Below, piece by piece: positions 29,053 through 38,867 of a DNA stretch of 64,000 bases (positions are counted from its first letter, which is position 1; each line of letters opens with the position of its first letter). The notes under the pieces are model-generated. The model saw only the letters and a program-made list of their open reading frames with translations. It was not told where the DNA came from and searched no databases. Location of the stretch: assembly GCA_963665235.2 (NCBI GenBank), contig CAXXLX010000002.1, positions 800,001-864,000 of the forward strand, given 5' to 3'. This DNA comes from Candidatus Poribacteria bacterium (GTDB lineage: Bacteria > Poribacteria > WGA-4E > WGA-3G). The translations under genes were made by a program, and so were the position numbers.

Positions 29053-31056
29053 TTATTCCTCTTTAGAGGGGACATCCTCTTCAAGCTCTTCAGAGAGGTC
29101 GTCGGTTTCTGTGGGAATTTCGTCTTCACCGTTGATGATGACGGTCAGCTCTTTGGACCCGATAACAACAAAACCTTCAATAATGATTTCGGTTTCGAGC
29201 GGTGTTACGTCGATTTCCTCGGGGACCTCATCAGTTTCCTCATCCCCTTCCTCGGCTGGAATGTTATCAGCTTCTTCACCGTCTACTGTTTCTTCTTCCT
29301 CCAGTCCGGGTATATTTATGTTGAAATCTATAGGGAAATCATCGGAAAAATCAAAATCGGTACCTTGACCATGGCTGAGTGTTATCGTAATAGTACTTAC
29401 ATCTATCTGCCCTTCCATCTTCTGTTTGATGACTTCGTCAAGATTTTCAGGTAATTTTTCATCTCCATCTGAGCCGTTGTCGGAGAAGATGAGCTCGCCA
29501 GCCTCTCCATTAGCAGAAACGTTGAGAGTTGCCTCACCCACCGGAAAATCTTCCGGAATATCGAGGGTAACATCTCTATGAATTTTTCGCCCCTCCGTGG
29601 CGGCACTCCAATGCGGGAGTAGTACAACGGTGAAGGTAGCACTTTCGCCAGGGATAATTTCTTCAGGCGTAATCACCTCGTGGATTACCGCTTCCTTAAT
29701 TCTCGGATTGTCTTTGAAGGCAATTGACACCGAATCCAATGTAGCTCTGGCTGCAGGGTTTGCGAATATGTTAGTGAAAGGGTCTATAGTGCCAGCAACG
29801 TAACCGTATGCATCACCAAACACATTTGGAGATGCAACTCGGAATGATTCGGTATAGACGGTTTCAGTCTCTTTGAAGTGAAGTGAAACGGTTCCATCTA
29901 TTGTACCGGGGCTAATCTCTTTCCGGATTGCGTCTATTGTCGAGGCTGCAACGAGGGCTATATACCCCTCTTGCCCCTGGGCAACCTTGTGATGTTTCAC
30001 TGTTACGGGCCCGTCAACAACCTGGTAGGTGACCTCCACAGGAATCATTTCGGGGGGTGCCCCAAGTTGTCCAACAACCGCAGGAGTGAGGTCTTTGGTT
30101 AGCGTCCCGATTGGATTGCCGTAAATAGAAGCGGATTTATAGGATAGCGACAGGCTCGGAACGATTCCGTTGACGACAGCTCTATAGACAGGTAATGTAA
30201 TCTTGCCACCGCCGCCGAAATCACCGAGCGGATGGCCAAACGCTACGAATGTCCCATCGTCATAAACCTGTGTGACTGTGCCAAGCCCTACTGCGTTGAC
30301 GACATCGCCCGTTACAAAGGCGGCTCCAATCATATCGCCAGCTGCCAATTTTGTTCTATTTGCGGGGGGTGCGTCGAGCGGTTCCCCTGCATCAGCTATC
30401 AATTCAATGAATCTGAGATCTGGACCGTTCAGCTGTCCTGCAAGTTGTGAGAGTCTGTGCGGTTGTATGCCGGTAATCAGTAGAGGGGTTTTTACCGGGG
30501 CGTAAACAGCACTAATGCCATTTGTCGGCGCAGCCGGGGCAGGTTCAGCATCCAATAATAAATCTCCGAATGTCTGATGCGCTCTTGCAGCTTCCATCGC
30601 ATCAATAGCGGTGACCCAGAAACGTCTAGGTGACGCAGAGAATTGTTCACCATAGGCGAGGGCCCCCATGACACGCCCAGGAGGTCCGACCGGACTGCCG
30701 GACATGCCTTGTGCAATACCGCCCATGGCCTCCACCGCTTCATCCATCAGTTCGCACTCATAGAGTGGAAATCCGTAGCCAAAATCTCGAACGCCGCGGA
30801 ATCGAGCCTCAATCGTGACCCTCCCCGTGCCTTCAAGCACCGTAACGATTTGGACACGGGTTTTGTCCGCGAGCCGTCTGGATTCAGCCTCATACATATT
30901 TTCCAGAACGACATCGTCCCCAAGCGGGGCACCAAACCATTCTGCCATATTAACTTCTGTCGGGTTTTCAAATTGGGCATGCTCGTCATCGGAAGAACAC
31001 CCGAAGTGACAAAACACCATGACAAATATGCCTGCAAGGGCAAAAAAATGTTTCAC
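29053..31056 (-). CDS. SpoIVB-like peptidase S55 domain lipoprotein with acidic tail
   Basis: Lipobox FGC; GIAQGMSGSPV, AVGLGTVT, FVAFGHP. Confidence 0.78.
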   Translation of the reverse strand: MKHFFALAGIFVMVFCHFGCSSDDEHAQFENPTEVNMAEWFGAPLGDDVVLENMYEAESRRLADKTRVQIVTVLEGTGRVTIEARFRGVRDFGYGFPLYECELMDEAVEAMGGIAQGMSGSPVGPPGRVMGALAYGEQFSASPRRFWVTAIDAMEAARAHQTFGDLLLDAEPAPAAPTNGISAVYAPVKTPLLITGIQPHRLSQLAGQLNGPDLRFIELIADAGEPLDAPPANRTKLAAGDMIGAAFVTGDVVNAVGLGTVTQVYDDGTFVAFGHPLGDFGGGGKITLPVYRAVVNGIVPSLSLSYKSASIYGNPIGTLTKDLTPAVVGQLGAPPEMIPVEVTYQVVDGPVTVKHHKVAQGQEGYIALVAASTIDAIRKEISPGTIDGTVSLHFKETETVYTESFRVASPNVFGDAYGYVAGTIDPFTNIFANPAARATLDSVSIAFKDNPRIKEAVIHEVITPEEIIPGESATFTVVLLPHWSAATEGRKIHRDVTLDIPEDFPVGEATLNVSANGEAGELIFSDNGSDGDEKLPENLDEVIKQKMEGQIDVSTITITLSHGQGTDFDFSDDFPIDFNINIPGLEEEETVDGEEADNIPAEEGDEETDEVPEEIDVTPLETEIIIEGFVVIGSKELTVIINGEDEIPTETDDLSEELEEDVPSKEE

Positions 31057-31190
31057 TCATTTCTCCTATATGAGGGTTTTCGTTGAAACAGTGATGAGAT
31101 GGAGGTCCCTCATAACGCTCTATTTCCATCTTCGTTAATTAGCAATTAGTGATTGGCAAAAGGACAGCTGGGTAGCAACTTGCGTTATTA

Positions 31191-32327
31191 TCACACATAT
31201 CGCTTCCGCTTTCGAGCAAGAATCATGAGGATGATAAAGATACCGATGATGCCAATAAACATCCAATTGGTCATAAAAAATTCCGTGAAGATATTAAAAC
31301 CAAGCCACATCAACGTCTCAATGGCAAAGATGGCAAATACTTTGCCTCTATGAAAATTCAGGTGTCTGTTGTTGGCACCGTGTCTCTTCAATCTCCGTGA
31401 AACTCGGGTTGCAATGCCCAATGTGCCAAGAACAATTCCAAGGAAGATGTAGTTAGCAGTCTTTCGTTCCTCTGTTTTTGAATTTGCCCCGCCGAGTGGT
31501 GTCGGAAAGGAGTAGGCTTTGGGAGTCTGACTGGTAATACCTAATCGCTTCATATCAGCTTGCTGCTGCGATGTGAAAATGGTTTGTCTAAAGGTTTTCT
31601 CCGTATTTTCGCGTGCCGTTTCAAAGACCTCCTTCCATGTCAGAAAACCGTCTTTATCTTTATCGGGGTTGCCATCCAATGCCTCTATAAAGTTTCTGGT
31701 GAACCACCCTCCTGTCACGTTGTTACTCCATCCATATTGTCCCTCAGTGGCGGCTGTCACATGAAAAAACCCTTTGTGCTCAAGAAAAAGGTTCCGCAAT
31801 ACCCGTTCAGTTAAGCGGGTCAGGCTTCGGCTGCTCTGTAACGTAGGTTCTACCTTAGTTTGAACTAGATTACTGCAGCAGTCTGTGATAAGGAGTGTTA
31901 ATCGATGTGATTTCACCTGTTTTATAGCATTGACAAGCTCTGAGCGGAAGAGCCATTTTCCTTCAGTGGCGAGAAAAGTTTGTCGGTTAGGGTTCATACC
32001 ACCGTGGCCGGCATAGTAGATGAAAACGATGTCGTTTTCCGCAACGTTGATATTCTGAACCCACCGTAAAACGCGATTACGGGTTGCTGTCCCTTCGGAA
32101 CTCAGTAAGGTCACTGTTTCTACCTCACTGAAATCGTTATGAATAGCGTCTAAGAGTTGCTGCATCCTCTTTTGGTCTATTTTCACATTTCGCCCAATTT
32201 TGGGGTCGGCATCCATAATTATCAGCAGCGCGTGGACAGTTTGGGCATCGGCGGTTGCAACACAGACAGCGGAACTCAGCAAAAATGCTAAGAGTGCTAA
32301 AATATGTACAGATTTAACAGTATTCAC
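31191..32327 (-). CDS. Caspase-like (peptidase C14) protein with signal peptide and C-terminal TM helices
   Basis: FIYYAGHGG and LLITDCCS dyad, GGWFT; three hydrophobic C-terminal segments. Confidence 0.82.
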   Translation of the reverse strand: MNTVKSVHILALLAFLLSSAVCVATADAQTVHALLIIMDADPKIGRNVKIDQKRMQQLLDAIHNDFSEVETVTLLSSEGTATRNRVLRWVQNINVAENDIVFIYYAGHGGMNPNRQTFLATEGKWLFRSELVNAIKQVKSHRLTLLITDCCSNLVQTKVEPTLQSSRSLTRLTERVLRNLFLEHKGFFHVTAATEGQYGWSNNVTGGWFTRNFIEALDGNPDKDKDGFLTWKEVFETARENTEKTFRQTIFTSQQQADMKRLGITSQTPKAYSFPTPLGGANSKTEERKTANYIFLGIVLGTLGIATRVSRRLKRHGANNRHLNFHRGKVFAIFAIETLMWLGFNIFTEFFMTNWMFIGIIGIFIILMILARKRKRYV

Positions 32328-32354
32328 AATCTAAAATCTCCTTAATCGATTTCC

Positions 32355-32798
32355 TTAACGTTGGACAGGAATTGGAAACCGGATGTGTTTGAGTTCAATT
32401 TTTCTGTTTTCTTTAGCGGTAGTAGGAACAATGTAGTGGTCTTCGAATTCGGTTACGTCTTCAGCATAAATCCACTCTTCATTCCATAAGTATTGGAGCG
32501 CGACTTGCCGTGTTCCCCAGCCTTTCGGCGGTTTTAGGCGTTTTACTGCCACCTTGTCAGCGGGAATCTGGTTGCCAATTTTCGCTCGAACGGTGTCATT
32601 GAAGATGTAAACCTGAATCTGCAAATCCGATTCGGCATCCGCCTTCGTGACTTTCGCGGGGTACATATATTCACCCTCTTTTATTAAGACGATTTCTGAA
32701 TTCATAACATTCTCGCTACAAGCACTTATCAGGATAATCAGAATTAAAACGGTAAGTACTTGCAAATTTTTCTTAGGTAAGAAATAGTTCACTGCCAA
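32355..32798 (-). CDS. Hypothetical lipoprotein
   Basis: Hydrophobic signal with ISAC lipobox; AAGGAG RBS upstream. Confidence 0.65.
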   Translation of the reverse strand: MAVNYFLPKKNLQVLTVLILIILISACSENVMNSEIVLIKEGEYMYPAKVTKADAESDLQIQVYIFNDTVRAKIGNQIPADKVAVKRLKPPKGWGTRQVALQYLWNEEWIYAEDVTEFEDHYIVPTTAKENRKIELKHIRFPIPVQR

Positions 32799-33323
32799 CT
32801 AACTCCTTAGTCAAATCTAAATGTTAACTAGGACGGACGCATTGGGGATAAAATCCTGCAAAAAACCGAAAAATCTACACTATGCTCCGAATTTACGTCT
32901 GTCCTGGTCTGTTTAACTGCCCACTATTTTATTTTTTTAACGTGAGTTTGAAAAATAAGGTTTACAAAATAGGGTTGAATTAACTTGTACCCCTGCTTTA
33001 TCCTCACGAAGAGACAGACGATGCATTGCCCTACTATGAGCGGGTTACTTGCCCAGTATTCGTAGACACACATACAAATGTGCGTAAATCTTGTGTTATT
33101 TGGTTATTAGAGTCTATGCAGCTGTAAAAAGATAGTAAAAAATTCAGGGTTATAAACATAATTAGCGATTAGCGATTAGCAATTAGCAATTGGCAAGAGG
33201 GTTGTGATGCTAAAAGCATATCTGAAGTGCATCAAAGTTTTCTTTCTCTTGCTAATTGCCAACAGTCAACAGCCAATAGCCAACATTCTATAAACATAAC
33301 GGCCATACTGGGCTAAATCTAAG

Positions 33324-33361
33324 TCTAAAACACGTTTGCGTAAATCTATTGAATATGCCAT
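33324..33361 (-). pseudogene. IS630-family transposase N-terminal remnant
   Basis: Encodes MAYSIDLRKRVL, then runs into repeat sequence. Confidence 0.55.
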
Positions 33362-33409
33362 AATATATATACAGTCTAAAAAAATTGGTAAACCGTTCCA
33401 CAGACGCTT

Positions 33410-34390
33410 ATGGAAAACACAACACAAATCTATCACATCCAAACAGAACACAGCGGCAAACGGTTAGATCGGTTTTTGATAAGTACAACCGAAGGGGTAT
33501 CACGAACCTACCTCCAAAAACTGATTCGGACCGGGGCTGTTACCGTTAACGATAAGGTCTCTAAACAACCGAGTCGGACACTCCGTTCCGGTGACCACGT
33601 TTGTCTAACATTTCCCGATACTCGCCAGTTGGAGACACTACTTCCTGAGCATGTTCCGCTTGATATTCTTTACGAAGATAGCCACCTGATTGTCCTAAAT
33701 AAACCCGCGGGGATGCTTGTTCATCCCGCAAGCGGTGTTAACACAGGCACACTCGTCAATGCACTGCTCGCCCACTGCGATGACCTGTCCGGCATCGGGG
33801 GGATAGAACGTCCTGGCATCGTTCACAGGCTGGACAAAGATACGTCGGGAGTGCTGGTTGTTGCGAAAACAGATGTAGTGCATCGCCAACTGTCTATGCA
33901 GTTTGAAAAGCGGACGATAACTCGCGAGTACGTTGCGGTTGTGTGTGGTATTCCGGCTGAAGCTACCGGGACCATTAACGCGAATATCGCCCGGAGTCGA
34001 CGTGACCGGCGGCGGATGACAACGGTCGAGACAGGCGGTCGGCATGCTGTCTCACATTATAGCGTTTTGGAAATTTATCACAAATTCGCGCTCATTCAGC
34101 TGACGTTGGAAACCGGTCGGCTCCATCAAATTCGTGTGCATTTACAGCATATCGGACACCCGGTCGTCGGCGATGCGGTTTACGGTGGCGAACGACGCGC
34201 TCTGAACGATGCCGATGCCCCTCCTGTCAAACAGGCTCTTACGCGGCTTAAACGGCAAGCACTGCATGCGCGCACGGTCAAATTTGAACATCCTATCACA
34301 CATGAATCTTTAATTTTCTCTGCACCGAAACCAGCAGGTATGCAGCGACTTGTTCAGGCATTGCGGCAGTCGGTCCAGAATCTTTTATAG
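33410..34390 (+). CDS. rluD: RluA-family pseudouridine synthase with S4 domain
   Basis: RLDRFL S4 domain, NKPAGMLVHP, RPGIVHRLDKDTSG, GRLHQIRVH, QALHA. Confidence 0.9.
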   Translation: MENTTQIYHIQTEHSGKRLDRFLISTTEGVSRTYLQKLIRTGAVTVNDKVSKQPSRTLRSGDHVCLTFPDTRQLETLLPEHVPLDILYEDSHLIVLNKPAGMLVHPASGVNTGTLVNALLAHCDDLSGIGGIERPGIVHRLDKDTSGVLVVAKTDVVHRQLSMQFEKRTITREYVAVVCGIPAEATGTINANIARSRRDRRRMTTVETGGRHAVSHYSVLEIYHKFALIQLTLETGRLHQIRVHLQHIGHPVVGDAVYGGERRALNDADAPPVKQALTRLKRQALHARTVKFEHPITHESLIFSAPKPAGMQRLVQALRQSVQNLL

Positions 34391-34400
34391 GAGATAGCTT

Positions 34401-35387
34401 ATGGAATATGTCAATTTTGGTAAAGCAGGTGTTAAGGTAAGTCCCCTCGCCTTAGGATTGGGGCTTAGAGGACAAGACGATGAAAGTGCTGCCCAACGAC
34501 TGATTGAGCACGCTATCGATTCCGGCATCAACTTCATCGATTGCGCTAACATATACGGCCCGATGGATGACCGCGCAAACATCGGCCGCTCCGAGGTGAT
34601 TCTCGGTAAAGCGATTAAAGGGAAACGAGATGATGTCGTGATTACCTCCAAGGTTTGTAGCCACGTCGGTCAGGGCCCAAACGACTATGGGTTATCGCGG
34701 TATCACATCATGCGAGAAATAGACCGGTCGCTGACACGACTCGGCACGGACCACATTGATGTTTATTTGGTTCATGTGCCTGATGCGACAACACCACAGG
34801 AGGAGACAATCCGCGCCCTTGATGACTTGGTGCGTTTAGGTAAGGTCCGCTATCTTGGCTGTTGTAATCATCAAGCGTGGCAGGTTTGCAAAGCCCTCTG
34901 GATTGCCGATGCGATTAACGCTACTCCCTATATGTGTGTGCAGAATATGTATAACCTGCTAAATCGCGATTTGGAAACGGAGATGTTCGGGCTAGTGCGC
35001 GAGGAAGAGCTTGGCATTATGTGTTATAGTCCATTGTCGGTAGGTTTATTGAGCGGTTTCTATTCGCCGGATGAACCGCCGCCAGCTGGCAGCTTGTGGG
35101 AAAGGCGATACCGCGATGAATTTGACCGTCGAATGAGCGGGGCGACGGGACAGGTGATTACAACGCTCACCCAGCTTGCGAACGAGTTAGGCAAAACGCC
35201 AGCGCAACTTGCTGTGGCATGGGTGTTGTCACATCCTGAAGTCACCGTCGCTATCAGCGGAAGCGATACGGTTGAGCAGTTAGATGACACACTCGGCGGT
35301 GTCGGTTGGGAATTAGATGCAACCGTTCGGGAGACGTTGGATGAGGTATCCCGTTCATTTGTGCGTTTGACTGCCCCCCCTTTTTAG
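34401..35387 (+). CDS. Aldo/keto reductase
   Basis: INFIDCANIY, ITSK, SLTRLGTDHIDVY, GKVRYLG, YSPL, AQLAVAW. Confidence 0.92.
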   Translation: MEYVNFGKAGVKVSPLALGLGLRGQDDESAAQRLIEHAIDSGINFIDCANIYGPMDDRANIGRSEVILGKAIKGKRDDVVITSKVCSHVGQGPNDYGLSRYHIMREIDRSLTRLGTDHIDVYLVHVPDATTPQEETIRALDDLVRLGKVRYLGCCNHQAWQVCKALWIADAINATPYMCVQNMYNLLNRDLETEMFGLVREEELGIMCYSPLSVGLLSGFYSPDEPPPAGSLWERRYRDEFDRRMSGATGQVITTLTQLANELGKTPAQLAVAWVLSHPEVTVAISGSDTVEQLDDTLGGVGWELDATVRETLDEVSRSFVRLTAPPF

Positions 35388-35397
35388 AGGAGAGAAA

Positions 35398-36459
35398 ATG
35401 AAACGTTTGATTTTTGCAGACATCTATAGCTGGTCGGTATTTAGTGAGGCGCGGCAGGTTGATTTTAGTGGACATCTATGGGTTAGGGACGAGGGAAATA
35501 TCATCATAGACCCGGTTGCAATGTCCGATGCTGACCGTGCACAACTCGAACAACTTGGCGGCGCGAAATGGATTGTTATTACGAATCGGGACCATGAACG
35601 GGAGGCTGCGGTATTTCAGGAATGGACAGCGGCAGAAGTGATTGTGCATGAGGCGGATGCCGATTTGATAGACATTAAACCTGCCCGAACACTTCAAGAT
35701 GGCGATACCGTGGTTCCAGGATTACGCGCGGTACATCTCCCGTTCGGGAAAAGCCCCGGCGAAATAGCACTCCATTTTTCGCACAAACAAGCAATCCTCT
35801 TCGGCGACCTTGTCGTAGGTGCACCGATGGGCCGTTTGACGCTGCTTGCGGACGACAAGTTAGCGGATGCACCCAAAGCAGCGATGGCACTTCGCAAGGT
35901 GTTAGCACTGAATTTCAACACGGTCCTCGTCGGTGATGGACATTCTCTCTTTACGGAAGGGCGGCGACAATTAGTGGAATGTCTACAGGCACGGCGCGAT
36001 ATCTATATCAATCGCATCAATATCGATGAAATTGAATGGACGTATAGACAAGCACCGCAGCCTTACGATTTTGAGTATAAAGATATTGACCCGCTTATCG
36101 GTGCTAAAAATATAGGATACTGCGTTTACCGCCTGAACCCAGGGAAGACGAGCTTCCCGATGCACCTGCATCACTTTGGTGAGGAGATGTGCTACGTAAT
36201 GGAAGGTGCCTGCACCCTCAAGACTCCTCGGGGCGATATGGAGGTACGGCAGGGGGATTTTATTGCGTTTCCGCCAGGTGAAACCGGTGCACATAAATTC
36301 ACTAACGAAGGGGATACCCCCGTTGTCCTGTTTATACTCGGCACTACAACCCCACACGATGTGAGTGAATATCCGGACTCCAACAAGGTGCTACCATACA
36401 TACTTCGGGAAATTTACCGAAAAGGGGAGAGTTTGAGTTATTGGGATGGTGAGGTTTAG
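35398..36459 (+). CDS. MBL-fold / cupin fusion protein
   Basis: N-terminal ITNRDHER, GKSPGE, LFGD, LVGDG; C-terminal PMHLHHFGEE...GAHKF cupin. Confidence 0.75.
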   Translation: MKRLIFADIYSWSVFSEARQVDFSGHLWVRDEGNIIIDPVAMSDADRAQLEQLGGAKWIVITNRDHEREAAVFQEWTAAEVIVHEADADLIDIKPARTLQDGDTVVPGLRAVHLPFGKSPGEIALHFSHKQAILFGDLVVGAPMGRLTLLADDKLADAPKAAMALRKVLALNFNTVLVGDGHSLFTEGRRQLVECLQARRDIYINRINIDEIEWTYRQAPQPYDFEYKDIDPLIGAKNIGYCVYRLNPGKTSFPMHLHHFGEEMCYVMEGACTLKTPRGDMEVRQGDFIAFPPGETGAHKFTNEGDTPVVLFILGTTTPHDVSEYPDSNKVLPYILREIYRKGESLSYWDGEV

Positions 36460-36556
36460 TGTGGGAGGCGGCATCGGTCTTTTCTAAGCCTGATACGATT
36501 TCTCGCCTCAAATCCTAAACTCACAGTTAACATTATAAAATGAGAATTCTTAAAAC

Positions 36557-36940
36557 TACTAAACTTTGGACAATTTTAGGGGGGAACCCAACGTTCTTGT
36601 CAAACGGATAGGTGGAAGGGTGGAAGACTGGAAGGGTGGAAGAGGGGAAGAGGGGTTTGACGCGCAGCAGAGATATGCTTAGCATCACAACCCGCTTGCT
36701 AACTGCTAATGGTTTCCATAAACCCATGGTTTCCAACATTCTATAAACATTCCGCCCCGCTGGGGCTAGTTTTTGTTTTGTTTGTGTTTTCTATAAACAT
36801 TCCGCCCCGCTGGGGAAACCGCGCTTCCGTGCATTCGAGTCTATTTTGGACAAGTTGTCCGTGTGTGAGGACCTTAGAGAAAAATAAGAAATGCTTTGAA
36901 ATCGGGCATCAACCGGGCAGATATTGTCCAAACTATAGTA
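36557..36940. mobile_element. MITE class B with GGAAG octamers and two CCGCCCCGCTGGGG REP-like units
   Basis: TACTAAACTTTGGACAAT...ATTGTCCAAACTATAGTA ends with AAAC duplicated; right half homologous to 52269-52470. Confidence 0.7.
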
Positions 36941-37186
36941 AAACTAAATGGCCCTGAAATGGCCCTGGATAACTGTTGACTCAAAATCTGTAGAAGTGAT
37001 ATAATCTCTAGCAGGGGTGGATGTACTTTATCCTTCATTCTAAAATAACGCAAGTTGCCACATAGTAGCACAAACTTCCTAGTTTGTGCCATAAGGGCGC
37101 GAACTAGGAAGTTCACGGTACAATTAACAGCATTTTTTGGGCGAAGATATTGCACTAACTCAAACTGTTCTTGATAGGAGGCGTAG

Positions 37187-38827
37187 ATGCAAAATGGGCA
37201 GCTCACTATTGGTGAGTATCTTCTGAGAAAACTGCGAAGTTACGGTATCGACCACATTTTCGGCATCCCTGGCGATTATGTAGTGCAGTTTTTCGATCTG
37301 ATTGAGCAAAGCCCGATCCAACTCATCGGCACGACGCGAGAAGAAACTGCTGGATTTGCAGCAGATGCTTATGCCCGTACAAAGGGTATCGGGGCCGCAT
37401 GTGTGACCTATGGGGTCGGGGGATTATCTATGATTAACGCCGTTACCGGTGCCTACGCTGAAAAATCACCGCTCGTCGTCATTAGCGGGGGGCCAGGCAT
37501 AAATGAGCGCCGTAAGGATGCGCTCTTGCACCATAAAGGCAAAGATTTTTATACACAACAACGTATCTATGAAGAGATAACCGTTGCGACAGCACTACTT
37601 GATGAACCCTTTACCGCCTTTAATCAGATAGACAGAGTGCTGGACGCAGTCTATTGGCATAAGCGGCCGGGATATATTGAATTGCCACGGGATATGGTAA
37701 GTATGCCCGGATTGCTTTACCAACGTCCCACAACGGGTGAACACCACAGCGACACGAAAACATTGGATGCCGCCTTAACCGATGCAATTGATTTTATAAA
37801 TCAGAGTCAAAACCCTATCATTTTAGCGGGGGCTGAACTCCACAGATTCGGTTTCCAAGACAAAGCCTGCCGCCTTGCTGAAGAAAAACAGATACCTGTG
37901 GTGACAACGCTGCTCGGCAAATCCGTGATTCCGGAGGCACATCCGCTCTACTTGGGTATTTATAGCGGCGCAATGGGGAGAGCAGAGATTACAACACTTG
38001 TTAATACCTCCGACTGCGTTATCATCCTTGGTGCCTTCATGACAGATGTCAACCTTGGGATTTACACGGCAAACCTTGAGCGAAACCGCTGTATATACGC
38101 TAGCTCGGATCGAATCTCTGTTCGTTACTCCACTTATGAAGATATCACATTTGAGGACTTTATCGATGGCCTCTGTTCGCCCAAGCTCGAGGAACGGGGG
38201 GACATAGACTTGGAATGGGTGCTAACAGTACCAGAACCTTTTGAGATGGTGCCCGAGCAGCCATTAACAGTGCGGCGCCTGTTCCAACACCTCAATCAAT
38301 TTCTGCGCGAGGACATGACGATTATCCCCGATATCGGCGATAGTCTCTGGGGGGCTGTCGACCTACGTCTCCCTGCACACACCGATTTTATAAGTCCTGC
38401 CTATTATACCTCAATGGGTTTCGCAATCCCGGCCGCAATTGGTGCGCAAACAGCTAAACCTCAGTCTCGACCGCTCGCGATTGTAGGAGATGGTGCCTTC
38501 CAAATGACCGGCACCGAACTCTCAACAACTCTCCAATACGGCCTCAACCCAATTGTCCTTCTACTAAACAATTCGGGTTATGGCACTATCCGTCCGCTCG
38601 CTGAAGGCCCTTTTAACGATATAGAGAATTGGAACTACACCCAGGTGACAGAACTTTTTGGCGCGGGCCGCGCGTTTGTTGTTCAAACCGAAGGTGAATT
38701 TGATACTGCTATGAAAGTCGCACTTGACGAAACGCAACATTTTATCTTAATTGAGGCGAAGGTTGACAAATTGGACATGTCCCCTGCACTTACTCGGTTA
38801 GCAGAGCAGGTAGCTGAGAAAGTTTGA
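37187..38827 (+). CDS. ThDP-dependent alpha-keto acid (indolepyruvate/phenylpyruvate) decarboxylase
   Basis: IFGIPGDY, GFAADAYAR, GAYAEKSP, LLHH, GDGAFQMT...NNSGY. Confidence 0.88.
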   Translation: MQNGQLTIGEYLLRKLRSYGIDHIFGIPGDYVVQFFDLIEQSPIQLIGTTREETAGFAADAYARTKGIGAACVTYGVGGLSMINAVTGAYAEKSPLVVISGGPGINERRKDALLHHKGKDFYTQQRIYEEITVATALLDEPFTAFNQIDRVLDAVYWHKRPGYIELPRDMVSMPGLLYQRPTTGEHHSDTKTLDAALTDAIDFINQSQNPIILAGAELHRFGFQDKACRLAEEKQIPVVTTLLGKSVIPEAHPLYLGIYSGAMGRAEITTLVNTSDCVIILGAFMTDVNLGIYTANLERNRCIYASSDRISVRYSTYEDITFEDFIDGLCSPKLEERGDIDLEWVLTVPEPFEMVPEQPLTVRRLFQHLNQFLREDMTIIPDIGDSLWGAVDLRLPAHTDFISPAYYTSMGFAIPAAIGAQTAKPQSRPLAIVGDGAFQMTGTELSTTLQYGLNPIVLLLNNSGYGTIRPLAEGPFNDIENWNYTQVTELFGAGRAFVVQTEGEFDTAMKVALDETQHFILIEAKVDKLDMSPALTRLAEQVAEKV

Positions 38828-38867
38828 GTCTGGAAGTGAAATATTCATTAAACTAAATGACTCTGCC

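Noticed and set aside
33160-33196. TTAGCRA heptamer tract
   Set aside because: A short tandem repeat with no evidence of function beyond being part of the repeat debris
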